DNA of 40,503 nucleotides from Candidatus Bipolaricaulota bacterium (lineage in GTDB: Bacteria > Bipolaricaulota > Bipolaricaulia > RBG-16-55-9 > DRXL01), in NCBI GenBank assembly GCA_026414955.1, contig JAOAIA010000002.1, forward strand, positions 1 to 40,503, given 5' to 3'. The first letter of the stretch is position 1. Each line of letters starts with the position of its first letter. This document shows positions 32,861-40,503 of the stretch, one piece after another. The position numbers and the translations under genes are program-made. The notes beneath the pieces were generated by a model, which worked only from the letters and a program-made list of their open reading frames with translations, had not been told where the DNA came from and ran no database searches.

Positions 32861-32882
32861 CACCACAGGGAGCTGGGTGGGA

Positions 32883-34064
32883 ATGCTCCGCAGCCTGCGC
32901 GAGCTTGAGGTCACCAAGAGACGGGTCTTAGTTCGAGTTGACTATAACGTCCCGCTGCAGAACGGACAGGTCACTGACGACACGCGCCTTCGTGAAAGCC
33001 TCCCCACACTAGAATATCTGCTCCAACACCGCGCCAAGATTATCTTGATCTCGCACTTGGGCCGCCCCAACGGAAAAGTTGTCCCTGAACTTCGTCTCGA
33101 CCCCGTAGCCCAGCAGTTGGAGAACCTACTCCGGCGCCCGGTCACCAAGCTCGATAGCTGTATTGGGCCGGAAGTCTCTCGCGCCATCTCCCAGATGAAA
33201 CCGGGAGAGATAGTCTTATTAGAGAACGTGCGCTTCTATCCCCAAGAAGAAGCTAACGACGAAAACTTTGCGCGAGAGCTCGCTCAGCTCGCCGATTGCT
33301 ACGTGAACGACGCGTTCGGCACCGCGCATCGTGCCCATGCGAGCACCTATGGGGTCGCGAGATTCTTGCCGTCAGCAGCGGGATTGCTCTTAGAGAGAGA
33401 AGTCACCATGCTCAGCAAAGCCACGAAAGACCCCAAACGCCCGTTTCTGACGATCGTCGGTGGGGCCAAGCTGAAAGACAAGATTGGGGTGCTCACAGAC
33501 TTGATCGGGAAGGTGGACGCATTTCTCATCGGCGGGGGCGTCGCGTTTACGCTCCTCAAAGCCCAGGGGGCGCGCGTGGGAAGCTCCCTCGTAGACGAAA
33601 AGATGCTCGACGAAGCCCGACAGTGTCTGGAGAAAGCTCGCGAACACAAGACGGAAATAATCCTGCCACACGACGTGCACGCCGTGCGAGAATCAACAGC
33701 AGGGGGAGAGCAAGCTGTCGTCCCTGCTGCTGCAATTCCCGACGGATGGCAGGGATGGGACATCGGCCCCAAGACTATACAGATCTTCCAAGAGAGGGTC
33801 GAACGGGCGGAGACAATTGTCTGGGCTGGCCCATTGGGGAAATTTGAACAGCCGCCGTTTGACACGGGGACACGAGAGGTCGCCCAAGCGATTGCGCGAT
33901 CTGGGGCGTTCGCTATCATCGGTGGGGGGGACACGGCTGCCGCCTTACACCAGAGTGATCTCAGCCGAGCAAAAAACATTCACTTTTCGACCGGAGGAGG
34001 AGCGACGTTAGAGTTTTTAGGGGGGCGCAAGCTCCTCCCCATCGAAATATTGCGTGCAGATTGA
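32883..34064 (+). CDS. pgk: Phosphoglycerate kinase
   Basis: KRVLVRVDYNVPL, SHLGRP and GGGDTAAA. Alternative GTG start at 32877. Confidence 0.97.
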   Translation: MLRSLRELEVTKRRVLVRVDYNVPLQNGQVTDDTRLRESLPTLEYLLQHRAKIILISHLGRPNGKVVPELRLDPVAQQLENLLRRPVTKLDSCIGPEVSRAISQMKPGEIVLLENVRFYPQEEANDENFARELAQLADCYVNDAFGTAHRAHASTYGVARFLPSAAGLLLEREVTMLSKATKDPKRPFLTIVGGAKLKDKIGVLTDLIGKVDAFLIGGGVAFTLLKAQGARVGSSLVDEKMLDEARQCLEKAREHKTEIILPHDVHAVRESTAGGEQAVVPAAAIPDGWQGWDIGPKTIQIFQERVERAETIVWAGPLGKFEQPPFDTGTREVAQAIARSGAFAIIGGGDTAAALHQSDLSRAKNIHFSTGGGATLEFLGGRKLLPIEILRAD

Positions 34065-34077
34065 GATTTTTATGGTC

Positions 34078-34106
34078 TTGTCACGGGAGAGAGAACGTGC
34101 TATAAT
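34078..34106 (+). promoter_or_regulatory. Promoter TTGTCA-17-TATAAT for tRNA-Gly
   Basis: TTGTCA at 34078-34083 and TATAAT at 34101-34106. The tRNA starts at 34116. Confidence 0.7.
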
Positions 34107-34115
34107 ACACTCCGT

Positions 34116-34190
34116 GCGGGCGTAGCTCAGTGGTAGAGTACTGGCTTCCCAAGCCAGGTGTCGCGGGTTCGAATCCCGTCGCCCGCTCCA
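34116..34190 (+). tRNA. tRNA-Gly (anticodon CCC), CCA encoded
   Basis: Cloverleaf folded by hand: acceptor GCGGGCG/CGCCCGC, anticodon stem CTGGC/GCCAG with loop TTCCCAA, and T-loop TTCGAAT. Confidence 0.95.
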
Positions 34191-34264
34191 CCAGACTTCG
34201 TCTGGACTGTTCACCTTTGCCAGCCGGAGGCTGGCAAAGATAGACGTCAAGTGAAGCTTGCAGG
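34191..34264. repeat. Two-hairpin element family, copy A, directly abutting the tRNA-Gly CCA end
   Basis: CCAGAC ttc GTCTGG, then ACTGTTCACC, then TTTGCCAGCC gga GGCTGGCAAA, then a tail that contains the lipid kinase stop codon. Confidence 0.8.
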
Positions 34265-35152
34265 CGAAGCCTGGATCACTTCTAATGCCTTTGGCAGCAG
34301 CTCGACCCGCAGTCTCCCGGGGGGAAATTCTATAGGTTCCCCATCGAGATGGCCCAACAGCGGCCTCTCTGAGGCGATCTCGACCCACGGCGTGTGCCGG
34401 AGCTGTACCTCCGGCAACTCTAGATGCCTCCCCTTGCGCGCCTTGGGGATCTGCAAGATCCTTCTTAACGGCGGCATGTCCGAGATCAGATAGACATCAA
34501 AAAGCCCATCGTCGATCTCGGCGTGTGGGGCGAGCTGAAAATCACCGGCAAGGTAACGCCCGTTACATACGCCCAGCATCATCAGCGTGCCGGAGTGCTC
34601 CCACTCCGGGGCGCATACAGAGAGCGCATCGCTCTGGAAGAAGAGGGCTTCGCGCACGACAGCATAGAGATAGATCCAGTGGGCAAGCCACGGCCAGCGC
34701 CAACTGCGAAAGACCCGCCAGGCAACTGCTCCATCCAGCCCCACTCCCAACCCATTGACGAAGTAGTGTTCGCCGATGCGCCCGACGTCCACGCGCTTCG
34801 TGCGTCCCGCTTCGAGAATGGGGATGGCTGGTAAGGGGTCTTTAGGGGGGATGCCGAGCATCTTGACGAAGTCGTTGCCCGTCCCCGCAGGGATGATCCC
34901 CAGCTTCGCCTCCGTGCCCATGAGTCCGGTGGCCACTTCGTGAATCGTGCCGTCGCCGCCCACGGCCACCACGACAGAAAAATCTTCGGCAGCGCGGCGG
35001 GCGACCTCAATAGCTGCTCCAGGGGCTTCAGTGAAGACATGACGAAATGGGAGTCGCGAGCTTTTGAGAGCGCGCTCGATGCTTGGCCACAGACGACGGC
35101 ACCGCCCACGGCCCGCCAAGAGATTCACGATGACGAAGCATTCGTCGGTCAT
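34247..35152 (-). CDS. Diacylglycerol/lipid kinase family protein (YegS/BmrU-like)
   Basis: VVAVGGDGTIHEV and IIPAGTGNDF. Start trimmed to the ATG at 35152 (MTDECFVIVN). Confidence 0.85.
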   Translation of the reverse strand: MTDECFVIVNLLAGRGRCRRLWPSIERALKSSRLPFRHVFTEAPGAAIEVARRAAEDFSVVVAVGGDGTIHEVATGLMGTEAKLGIIPAGTGNDFVKMLGIPPKDPLPAIPILEAGRTKRVDVGRIGEHYFVNGLGVGLDGAVAWRVFRSWRWPWLAHWIYLYAVVREALFFQSDALSVCAPEWEHSGTLMMLGVCNGRYLAGDFQLAPHAEIDDGLFDVYLISDMPPLRRILQIPKARKGRHLELPEVQLRHTPWVEIASERPLLGHLDGEPIEFPPGRLRVELLPKALEVIQASPASFT

Positions 35153-35176
35153 AAAGATAGTATAGCCTGAAATCGG

Positions 35177-35205
35177 TTGACAAGCCAAGTCCGTCGTGTT
35201 AAAAT
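35177..35205 (+). promoter_or_regulatory. Promoter TTGACA-17-TAAAAT for tRNA-Leu, with an ~88-nt structured leader
   Basis: TTGACA at 35177-35182 and TAAAAT at 35200-35205. Confidence 0.6.
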
Positions 35206-35208
35206 CTC

Positions 35209-35300
35209 TTTGCCAGCCAATGGCTGGCAAAGGCGCAGCCCACGCGCAGTGTGTTCGTGCCGCCGCGGGCGGCACGGTGAACAGTCCAGACGAAGTCTGG
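35209..35300. repeat. Two-hairpin element family, copy B (inverted relative to copy A, with a 43-nt insert carrying a third hairpin), abutting tRNA-Leu +1
   Basis: The reverse complement matches copy A in the first 25 nt exactly and in the next 25 nt except for the loop. The insert hairpin is GTGCCGCC gcg GGCGGCAC at 35257-35275. Confidence 0.8.
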
Positions 35301-35384
35301 CCGAGGTGGCGGAACGGCAGACGCGCTAGCTTCAGGAGCTAGTGGGTATTAACACCCGTGAGGGTTCAAATCCCTCCCTCGGCA
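35300..35384 (+). tRNA. tRNA-Leu (anticodon CAG), long variable arm, CCA not encoded
   Basis: Acceptor GCCGAGG/CCTCGGC, anticodon stem CTAGC/GCTAG with loop TTCAGGA, T-loop TTCAAAT. It closely resembles the E. coli tRNA-Leu(CAG) layout. Confidence 0.93.
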
Positions 35385-35400
35385 CACAAGACAGTTGCAA

Positions 35401-35450
35401 GTTAAAAGTTCCAAGTTCTAAACTTTTAACGGCGAACTTGGGGCTTTTTT
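35401..35450 (+). terminator. Alternative hairpins; the second (CCAAGTTC...GAACTTGG) is followed by T6, as in an intrinsic terminator
   Basis: GTTAAAAGTT/AACTTTTAAC at 35401-35410 / 35421-35430. CCAAGTTC/GAACTTGG at 35411-35418 / 35434-35441. T-run at 35445-35450. Confidence 0.55.
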
Positions 35451-35453
35451 CGT

Positions 35454-36869
35454 ATGAACCTGAACACAAGACCTTGGCACGAACTGCTCACTCTTATCGA
35501 GCAGGGCGAGATCCATCCCCGCGAGGTCATCGCTGATCTCTATCGCGCTATCGCCGAGAGAGAAGACCAAATTCGCGCGTATATCTCGCTCGCCCCGCAA
35601 GAGAAGCTGCTCCAAGAGTGCGAACGCCTTCGTGAAAAACCCCTGCGAGGGCTGCCCATCGCCGTCAAAGATAACATCTCAACAAGAGATTTGAAGACGA
35701 CCTGCGCGTCGCGTTTTTTAGAGAATTTCCAGCCGATCTTCGACGCGACAGTCATCCAAAGACTCAAAGACGCGGGCGCGCAAATCTTGGGGAAGACGAA
35801 CTTAGATGAGTTCGCCATGGGGTCTTCTACCGAGAACAGCGCGTTCTATCCCACGCGCAACCCCCATGATGTAGAGCGCGTCCCCGGCGGATCTTCTGGA
35901 GGATCAGCAGCGGCCGTTGCCGCGCATGAAGCGAGCTGCGCGTTAGGCTCCGACACCGGCGGCTCGATCCGCCAGCCTGCCGCGTTCTGCGGGATCGTGG
36001 GACTCAAGCCCACCTATGGACTGGTCTCACGCTATGGGTTAGTCGCGTTCGCCAGCTCACTAGACCAGATCGGCCCGATGACCAAGGACGTGCGCGACTG
36101 CGCTCTCCTCTTGAATTATATCGCTGGGCACGATCCCAACGACTCGACAAGCATTGGGCGCTCCTGCGCCGACTACACCCAAGAGCTGGGACGAGAGATC
36201 CAAGGCTTTCGCGTAGGGGTGCCGAAAGAGTATATTGCTGGTCTTTCAGGGCAAGCCAAGGCGTGCGTGGACTCTTGGCTGAAGACTTTTGAGGAGCTAG
36301 GTGCACAGGTCATCGAGCTGTCGTTGCCCCACACCGAGTATGCGATCCCGACATATTATTTGATCTCGTCGTCGGAGGCGAGCGCGAATCTCGCACGTTT
36401 CGACGGCGTGCGGTACACGAAGCGAGCGAGCGCCGCTTCGGTCGAAGCGATGTTCGCCGAGAGCCGTGACAAGGGCTTCGGCCCCGAAGTCAAGCGCAGG
36501 ATTATGATCGGGACGTATGCGCTGAGCGCGGGGTACTACGAAGCGTGGTACGGCAAGGCCCAGAGGGTTCGGGCGCTCATCCGCCAGGACTTCGCGAACG
36601 CTTTTCAGGCTGTAGATATTCTGATCTCGCCAACGTCGCCGACGCCGGCGTTCAAGGTGGGCGAAAGAGTGAGCGATCCCTTGGCGATGTATCTCTCTGA
36701 TATCTTCACGGTGCCGGCGAGCTTGGCGGGCCTTCCGGCGATCTCGCTCCCCGGCGGCCAAGTAGAGGGCTTGCCCTTTGGGATGCAGCTCATCGCTGAT
36801 AAGTTCCAAGAAGCCAAGCTCTTGCGCGCGGCGTATGCCTTCGAGCAAGCGACACAAAGCTCATTCTAA
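35454..36869 (+). CDS. gatA: Glutamyl-tRNA(Gln)/aspartyl-tRNA(Asn) amidotransferase subunit A
   Basis: Amidase signature [12 protein letters not shown] and KDNI. Confidence 0.95.
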   Translation: MNLNTRPWHELLTLIEQGEIHPREVIADLYRAIAEREDQIRAYISLAPQEKLLQECERLREKPLRGLPIAVKDNISTRDLKTTCASRFLENFQPIFDATVIQRLKDAGAQILGKTNLDEFAMGSSTENSAFYPTRNPHDVERVPGGSSGGSAAAVAAHEASCALGSDTGGSIRQPAAFCGIVGLKPTYGLVSRYGLVAFASSLDQIGPMTKDVRDCALLLNYIAGHDPNDSTSIGRSCADYTQELGREIQGFRVGVPKEYIAGLSGQAKACVDSWLKTFEELGAQVIELSLPHTEYAIPTYYLISSSEASANLARFDGVRYTKRASAASVEAMFAESRDKGFGPEVKRRIMIGTYALSAGYYEAWYGKAQRVRALIRQDFANAFQAVDILISPTSPTPAFKVGERVSDPLAMYLSDIFTVPASLAGLPAISLPGGQVEGLPFGMQLIADKFQEAKLLRAAYAFEQATQSSF

Positions 36870-37075
36870 GAGATGGCTAATGCCTGGCGCAGTCGGGCTT
36901 GTATCTCTTGCCAATCGCGCGTCGAGAGGCGACCGATAACGCGGACGCTCGCTTGAGGCAGCGTCACTAGAGTAGAGACGACCACAGCCGGGCGGTGCTT
37001 ATAGCCGGTGACACCAGGGAAGTCCACGGTCACCACCGCGCTGGGGATAAGTTTAGGTCTTGGTTTGCGCGGCAT
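36866..37075 (-). pseudogene. PemK/MazF-like toxin remnant lacking the central part of the fold
   Basis: VVTVDFPGVTGYKHRPAVVVS resembles the MazF N-terminal motif and ..IGRLSTRDWQEIQARL the C-terminal helix. It is only ~69 aa from the ATG at 37075, against my recollection of roughly 110 aa for a typical family member. Confidence 0.4.
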
Positions 37076-37256
37076 ATTGTAAAGAAGCGCGGACGAGGTC
37101 TTGTAGATCTTCCTCGCCCCACACGTCGCTCTCTTCCACACATGGAGCAGTCACAATCTCGTGGAGGATTAAAGCAGCCAACCGCAGACGCTCCTTGGGA
37201 GGGAGCTGGCGTACTATATTATTATTATAGAGTGCATCAACGGTATGAACTCTCAT
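37053..37256 (-). CDS. Small antitoxin-like protein (addiction-module component-like LPPKERLRLAALIL motif)
   Basis: 67 aa from the ATG at 37256. It overlaps the toxin-like ORF by 23 nt, with the antitoxin upstream of the toxin. Confidence 0.4.
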   Translation of the reverse strand: MRVHTVDALYNNNIVRQLPPKERLRLAALILHEIVTAPCVEESDVWGEEDLQDLVRASLQYAAQTKT

Positions 37257-37344
37257 AGCAGCTCTATTGTAATGAAAAAGACAATGGGGCACAAGCCCCA
37301 GCTCCTTGCACAAGTCCATCCCCCCGTGATATGCTTGAGTTGCT

Positions 37345-37785
37345 ATGGACTTGCTCATCAGGCTCAAACGCGAGATCGCTGGATTGGACTTCTCACAGAC
37401 TGTGCAGAAGACCGTCTCGTTCTTGCGCAAGAACATCGCGCACTATAACTGGGTCGGCGTCTACATGCTCGAAGGCAACGAGTTGGTCTTAACAGCCTGG
37501 GACGGTCCCGAAGCGACCCAACACACAAGAATCCCCATTGGCACAGGCATCTGCGGGCTGGCCGCACGAGAGAAACGAACTGTTATCGTCGGCGACGTCA
37601 ATGCCGACTCCAGATACCTGGCGTGCTTCCCTTACACGAAATCCGAGATCGTCGTGCCCATCTTCAAAGATTCAAAAGTGCTCGGCGAGATTGACATTGA
37701 CAGCAACACGCTGAACGCGTTCACAGAGAGAGATAGGGAATTCTTAGAAAGCGTCGCTGCGCTGCTAGGAGAGAGATATGTCTGA
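37345..37785 (+). CDS. GAF domain protein (free methionine-R-sulfoxide reductase-like)
   Basis: WVGVYML, GICGLAAREKRTVIVGDVNADSRYLAC and SEIVVPI...GEIDIDS. Confidence 0.85.
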   Translation: MDLLIRLKREIAGLDFSQTVQKTVSFLRKNIAHYNWVGVYMLEGNELVLTAWDGPEATQHTRIPIGTGICGLAAREKRTVIVGDVNADSRYLACFPYTKSEIVVPIFKDSKVLGEIDIDSNTLNAFTERDREFLESVAALLGERYV

Positions 37786-39616
37786 GACAAATAAGGCCGA
37801 ACGCTACGTGCTCGACACGAGCGTCATCGTGGACGGGCGCATCACCGAGGGGATTCGTCAGAACAGATTCCCCAACGCCGTGTTCATCGTGCCCAACGCC
37901 GTGCTGGCGCTCCTGGAAGCCCGAGCCGTCCGTGGCCAGGAGACGGGCTACGCTGGGCTTAGCGAACTGAAGCGATTGCAGCAACTCGCGTGGGAGGGGC
38001 AGATCGAGCTGGTCTTCAAGGGGGACCGGCCACGGTTCGATCCGTTGCGCTTGGAGGAGACTGGCGAACTCCATGCGATGGTCCGCGCCGTCGCTGAAGA
38101 AGAGAACGCTGTGCTCTTGACGAGCAGCCGCAGCCAAGCGCTCGTCAGCGAAGCCCAGGGGCTTCCCATGCAGTTTTTGGGAGCTACAACTGATAGCCGC
38201 GGGCTGGAACAACTCTCGATCATGCAGTTCTTCGATGACCAGACGATGTCAGTGCACCTACGAGCCAAGACGCGTCCCAGGGCCAAGCGCGGCGCTCCCG
38301 GTCGGATGAAGGTCATCGCCCTCCGAGATGAGCCGATGACCGAAAAAGAATTAGAACGAATCGCCCGCGAGATCGTAGAAGTTGCTAAGGGCCATCCCGA
38401 GGGGTTCATCGAGATGGATGCAGGGGGCAGCACGGTCGTCCAGCTCAAGAACTTGCGCATCGCGATTGCGCGTCCGCCCTTCAGCGACGCGCTCGAAATT
38501 ACCGTGGTGCGCCCCGTGGTGCACAAGAAGCTCGACGAGTATCGCTATGCAGATTTGCTGAAGGAGCGGCTGCGCGAGCGCTCGCGCGGTGTGCTCGTCT
38601 CCGGGGCGCCGGGGGCGGGCAAGTCGACGTTCGTGCAGGGGATCGCCGAGTATCTGCAAGAATCGGGCTGGATTCTCAAGACGATGGAGAAGCCCAGGGA
38701 CTTGGAGCTTTCCGAGGATATTACTCAGTATACGGCCCTCAACGGCGAGATGAAGAAGACCGCCGATGTCTTGCTCTTGGTGCGCCCCGACTACACGATC
38801 TTCGACGAGATGCGCGTGGATGAAGACTTCGAGGTCTTCGCCGACATGCGTCTGGCGGGCGTGGGGATGATCGGCGTGGTGCACGCCACGCGGGGCATTG
38901 ATGCCGTGCAGAGACTGATCGGCCGTGTTGATTTGGGGATGATCCCCCAAGTTGTAGACACGGTTGTCTTCATCGAAGATGGCGATGTGAAAGAGATCTA
39001 CGAGGTCGAGTTCACCGTCAAAGTCCCTAGCGGGATGGGCGACACAGACCTAGCTCGCCCGGTCATCGAGATTCGCGAGTTTGAGTCCAAAGCGTTGGTC
39101 TATGAGATTTATAGCTTTGGTGAGCAAGTCGTGGTGATGCCGGTCAAAGAAGTCGTGAGCGAGAAGCCCGTCTGGAGGTTGGCAACTCAAGCATTGGAGT
39201 ATGAGCTACGGCGCGTGATCCGTGGGCCGTTTACGGTCGAGATTCGCTCGGACAATCAAGCGACGCTCTACGTTGACGAAGAGCAAATCCCGATGATCTT
39301 GGGGCGCGGGGGCAGTCGCATCCGAGAGCTCGAAGCTGAGCTAGGGATCGGGCTGGACGTGCGCTCGTATGATGAGATGGAGATGACGCTCCACCAAGAC
39401 ATAGATATCGAAGTGAGTGACCGGCACGTGATTTTAGACTTAGACCCGTCCCTGCGCGGGCGAAATATCGAGATTTTAGTAGACGGGGAACCGGTCTTCA
39501 TCGGGTCGGTCTCGCGCACGGGGAGCATCAAATTAGTACGAGGGAGCGAGCCAGCAGAGAGAATTTATGAAGCGCACAAATCGGGCGGGATGATCCGCGT
39601 GCGGCGGGCGGGCTAA
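37778..39616 (+). CDS. PIN domain / PilT-family ATPase / C-terminal KH domain protein (COG1855-like)
   Basis: N-terminal PIN (YVLDTSVIVDGRI), Walker A GAPGAGKST, and a KH-like segment ILGRGGSRIRELE. It overlaps the GAF gene by 8 nt. Confidence 0.8.
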   Translation: MSETNKAERYVLDTSVIVDGRITEGIRQNRFPNAVFIVPNAVLALLEARAVRGQETGYAGLSELKRLQQLAWEGQIELVFKGDRPRFDPLRLEETGELHAMVRAVAEEENAVLLTSSRSQALVSEAQGLPMQFLGATTDSRGLEQLSIMQFFDDQTMSVHLRAKTRPRAKRGAPGRMKVIALRDEPMTEKELERIAREIVEVAKGHPEGFIEMDAGGSTVVQLKNLRIAIARPPFSDALEITVVRPVVHKKLDEYRYADLLKERLRERSRGVLVSGAPGAGKSTFVQGIAEYLQESGWILKTMEKPRDLELSEDITQYTALNGEMKKTADVLLLVRPDYTIFDEMRVDEDFEVFADMRLAGVGMIGVVHATRGIDAVQRLIGRVDLGMIPQVVDTVVFIEDGDVKEIYEVEFTVKVPSGMGDTDLARPVIEIREFESKALVYEIYSFGEQVVVMPVKEVVSEKPVWRLATQALEYELRRVIRGPFTVEIRSDNQATLYVDEEQIPMILGRGGSRIRELEAELGIGLDVRSYDEMEMTLHQDIDIEVSDRHVILDLDPSLRGRNIEILVDGEPVFIGSVSRTGSIKLVRGSEPAERIYEAHKSGGMIRVRRAG

Positions 39617-40134
39617 AACCGCCACAAGACCCCAGAGCGATAGCTCCAGACCCACGGCGGATTCTGCTGGCTGAAGTCGAGCAACACCAAGGGCACAACA
39701 TCAAAGAAAACAGATACTCTGGGGAAGAGCGAGAATCTCCCCCCAGCCCCGATCCAGCCCGTCAGCCGCCACGCCTCCTCAGCGCCCTGTGTCAGATGGA
39801 GAATTCCAGAGCCAAGCTCGACCGAAGCGATAACTCGACCGAAAGGGAAATTGAACGCCAGAGCAGTCTCGTAGAGGGCTATGCCCAACGCACTGCCCTC
39901 AAAGGCCAAGCCCCAGCCTCCCGCCAAACGCAACGCCAGCCCAAACTCGATCTGCGTCTCCCCGCGCACGGAAAAGAGCAGGACTTTCTGAGAGAGCGTG
40001 AACGCGGGCAGCGCCGGCTGAAAATTATCAAGCTCCATCCAGCTCGTGGCGATGCCCAAGCTCGGCGCGCGCTCCTGCGCTATGGCTCCCACACTCAGCA
40101 CGAGTATTCCCACAATCCAAAGATATCTCTTCAC
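39613..40134 (-). CDS. Small outer-membrane beta-barrel-like protein
   Basis: Signal peptide, alternating hydrophobic beta-strand pattern, C-terminal ...VLWRF. GTG start. Confidence 0.6.
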   Translation of the reverse strand: MKRYLWIVGILVLSVGAIAQERAPSLGIATSWMELDNFQPALPAFTLSQKVLLFSVRGETQIEFGLALRLAGGWGLAFEGSALGIALYETALAFNFPFGRVIASVELGSGILHLTQGAEEAWRLTGWIGAGGRFSLFPRVSVFFDVVPLVLLDFSQQNPPWVWSYRSGVLWRF

Positions 40135-40182
40135 GCGATTTGTCAGCCTCCTAGACTTTTGCTATTGTGACAGAGAGCGCCT

Positions 40183-40503
40183 ATGAAAGTCAAGGTCCTC
40201 GATGCCCATCTTGTGAACAAAATTGCTGCCGGGGAAGTGATCGAGCGCCCAGCGTCGGTCGCTAAAGAACTGATCGAAAACGCCCTCGACGCCGGAGCGA
40301 CCAAGATCGAACTCTGTGTCGAAGGCGGGGGCGAGCGCCGACTCTGCGTCGCCGACGACGGCGAGGGCATGACCCAAGAAGATCTGCTCTTAGCTATCCA
40401 GCGCCATACGACGAGCAAAATCTCTTCCGAAGACGATCTCTTCAATATCCGCACGCTCGGCTTTCGCGGCGAAGCGTTAGCCAGCATTGTTGAGGTCTCC
40501 AAG
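40183..40503 (+). CDS. mutL: DNA mismatch repair protein MutL, N-terminal fragment running off the window
   Basis: Translation from the ATG at 40183: [39 protein letters not shown]...[11 protein letters not shown]. It is absent from the ORF track because there is no stop. The tracked antisense ORF 40143-40502 is a shadow. Confidence 0.93.
   Translation, partial: MKVKVLDAHLVNKIAAGEVIERPASVAKELIENALDAGATKIELCVEGGGERRLCVADDGEGMTQEDLLLAIQRHTTSKISSEDDLFNIRTLGFRGEALASIVEVSK

Overview
Chromosomal window from a moderately GC-rich bacterium, probably diderm: two putative beta-barrel proteins, one ending in a C-terminal Phe. Most of it is housekeeping. Genes present: partial P5C dehydrogenase, sodC, a translationally coupled DAHP synthase-aroA-aroE-aroC operon, uvrB, an Rrf2/IscR-like - mrp/apbC - DUF59 - Cys-rich Fe-S operon, a tetraheme cytochrome c, dxr, ftsH, a short PGDH-like dehydrogenase, acs, glmS, a DUF151 nuclease-pgk pair, tRNA-Gly(CCC), a DAG/lipid kinase, tRNA-Leu(CAG), gatA, a GAF protein, a PIN/PilT-ATPase/KH protein and the 5' end of mutL. 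Four things stand out. (1) A seven-gene minus-strand operon (20462-27596) runs from a perfect TTGACA-17-TATAAT promoter. It encodes three tandem paralogous small secreted Cys-paired proteins, a larger secreted protein with the same C-terminal signature, a two-Ig-domain chaperone-like protein, a 976-aa multidomain secreted protein and a membrane-anchored Ig-repeat protein. I read it as an undescribed surface-fibre or adhesin assembly system, distantly like WxL/DUF916/DUF3324 loci. (2) A 27-codon Phe-rich uORF with a strong SD lies in the ~190-nt leader of the aromatic amino-acid operon, making it a candidate leader-peptide attenuator. (3) At least three families of palindromic repeats occur. 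These are REPs next to a RAYT-type IS200-like gene, GC-rich nested palindromes, and a two-hairpin ~75-nt element. Copies sit in frame inside essential genes (aroA, dxr, acs, a dehydrogenase, the RAYT gene itself), and the dxr copy shows compensatory stem substitutions. (4) Several genes have a -10 hexamer 6-10 nt upstream of the start codon and no SD, suggesting leaderless mRNAs. No CRISPR array, rRNA gene or glmS ribozyme was found. All calls rest on reading the sequence and recalling family motifs; no searches were run.
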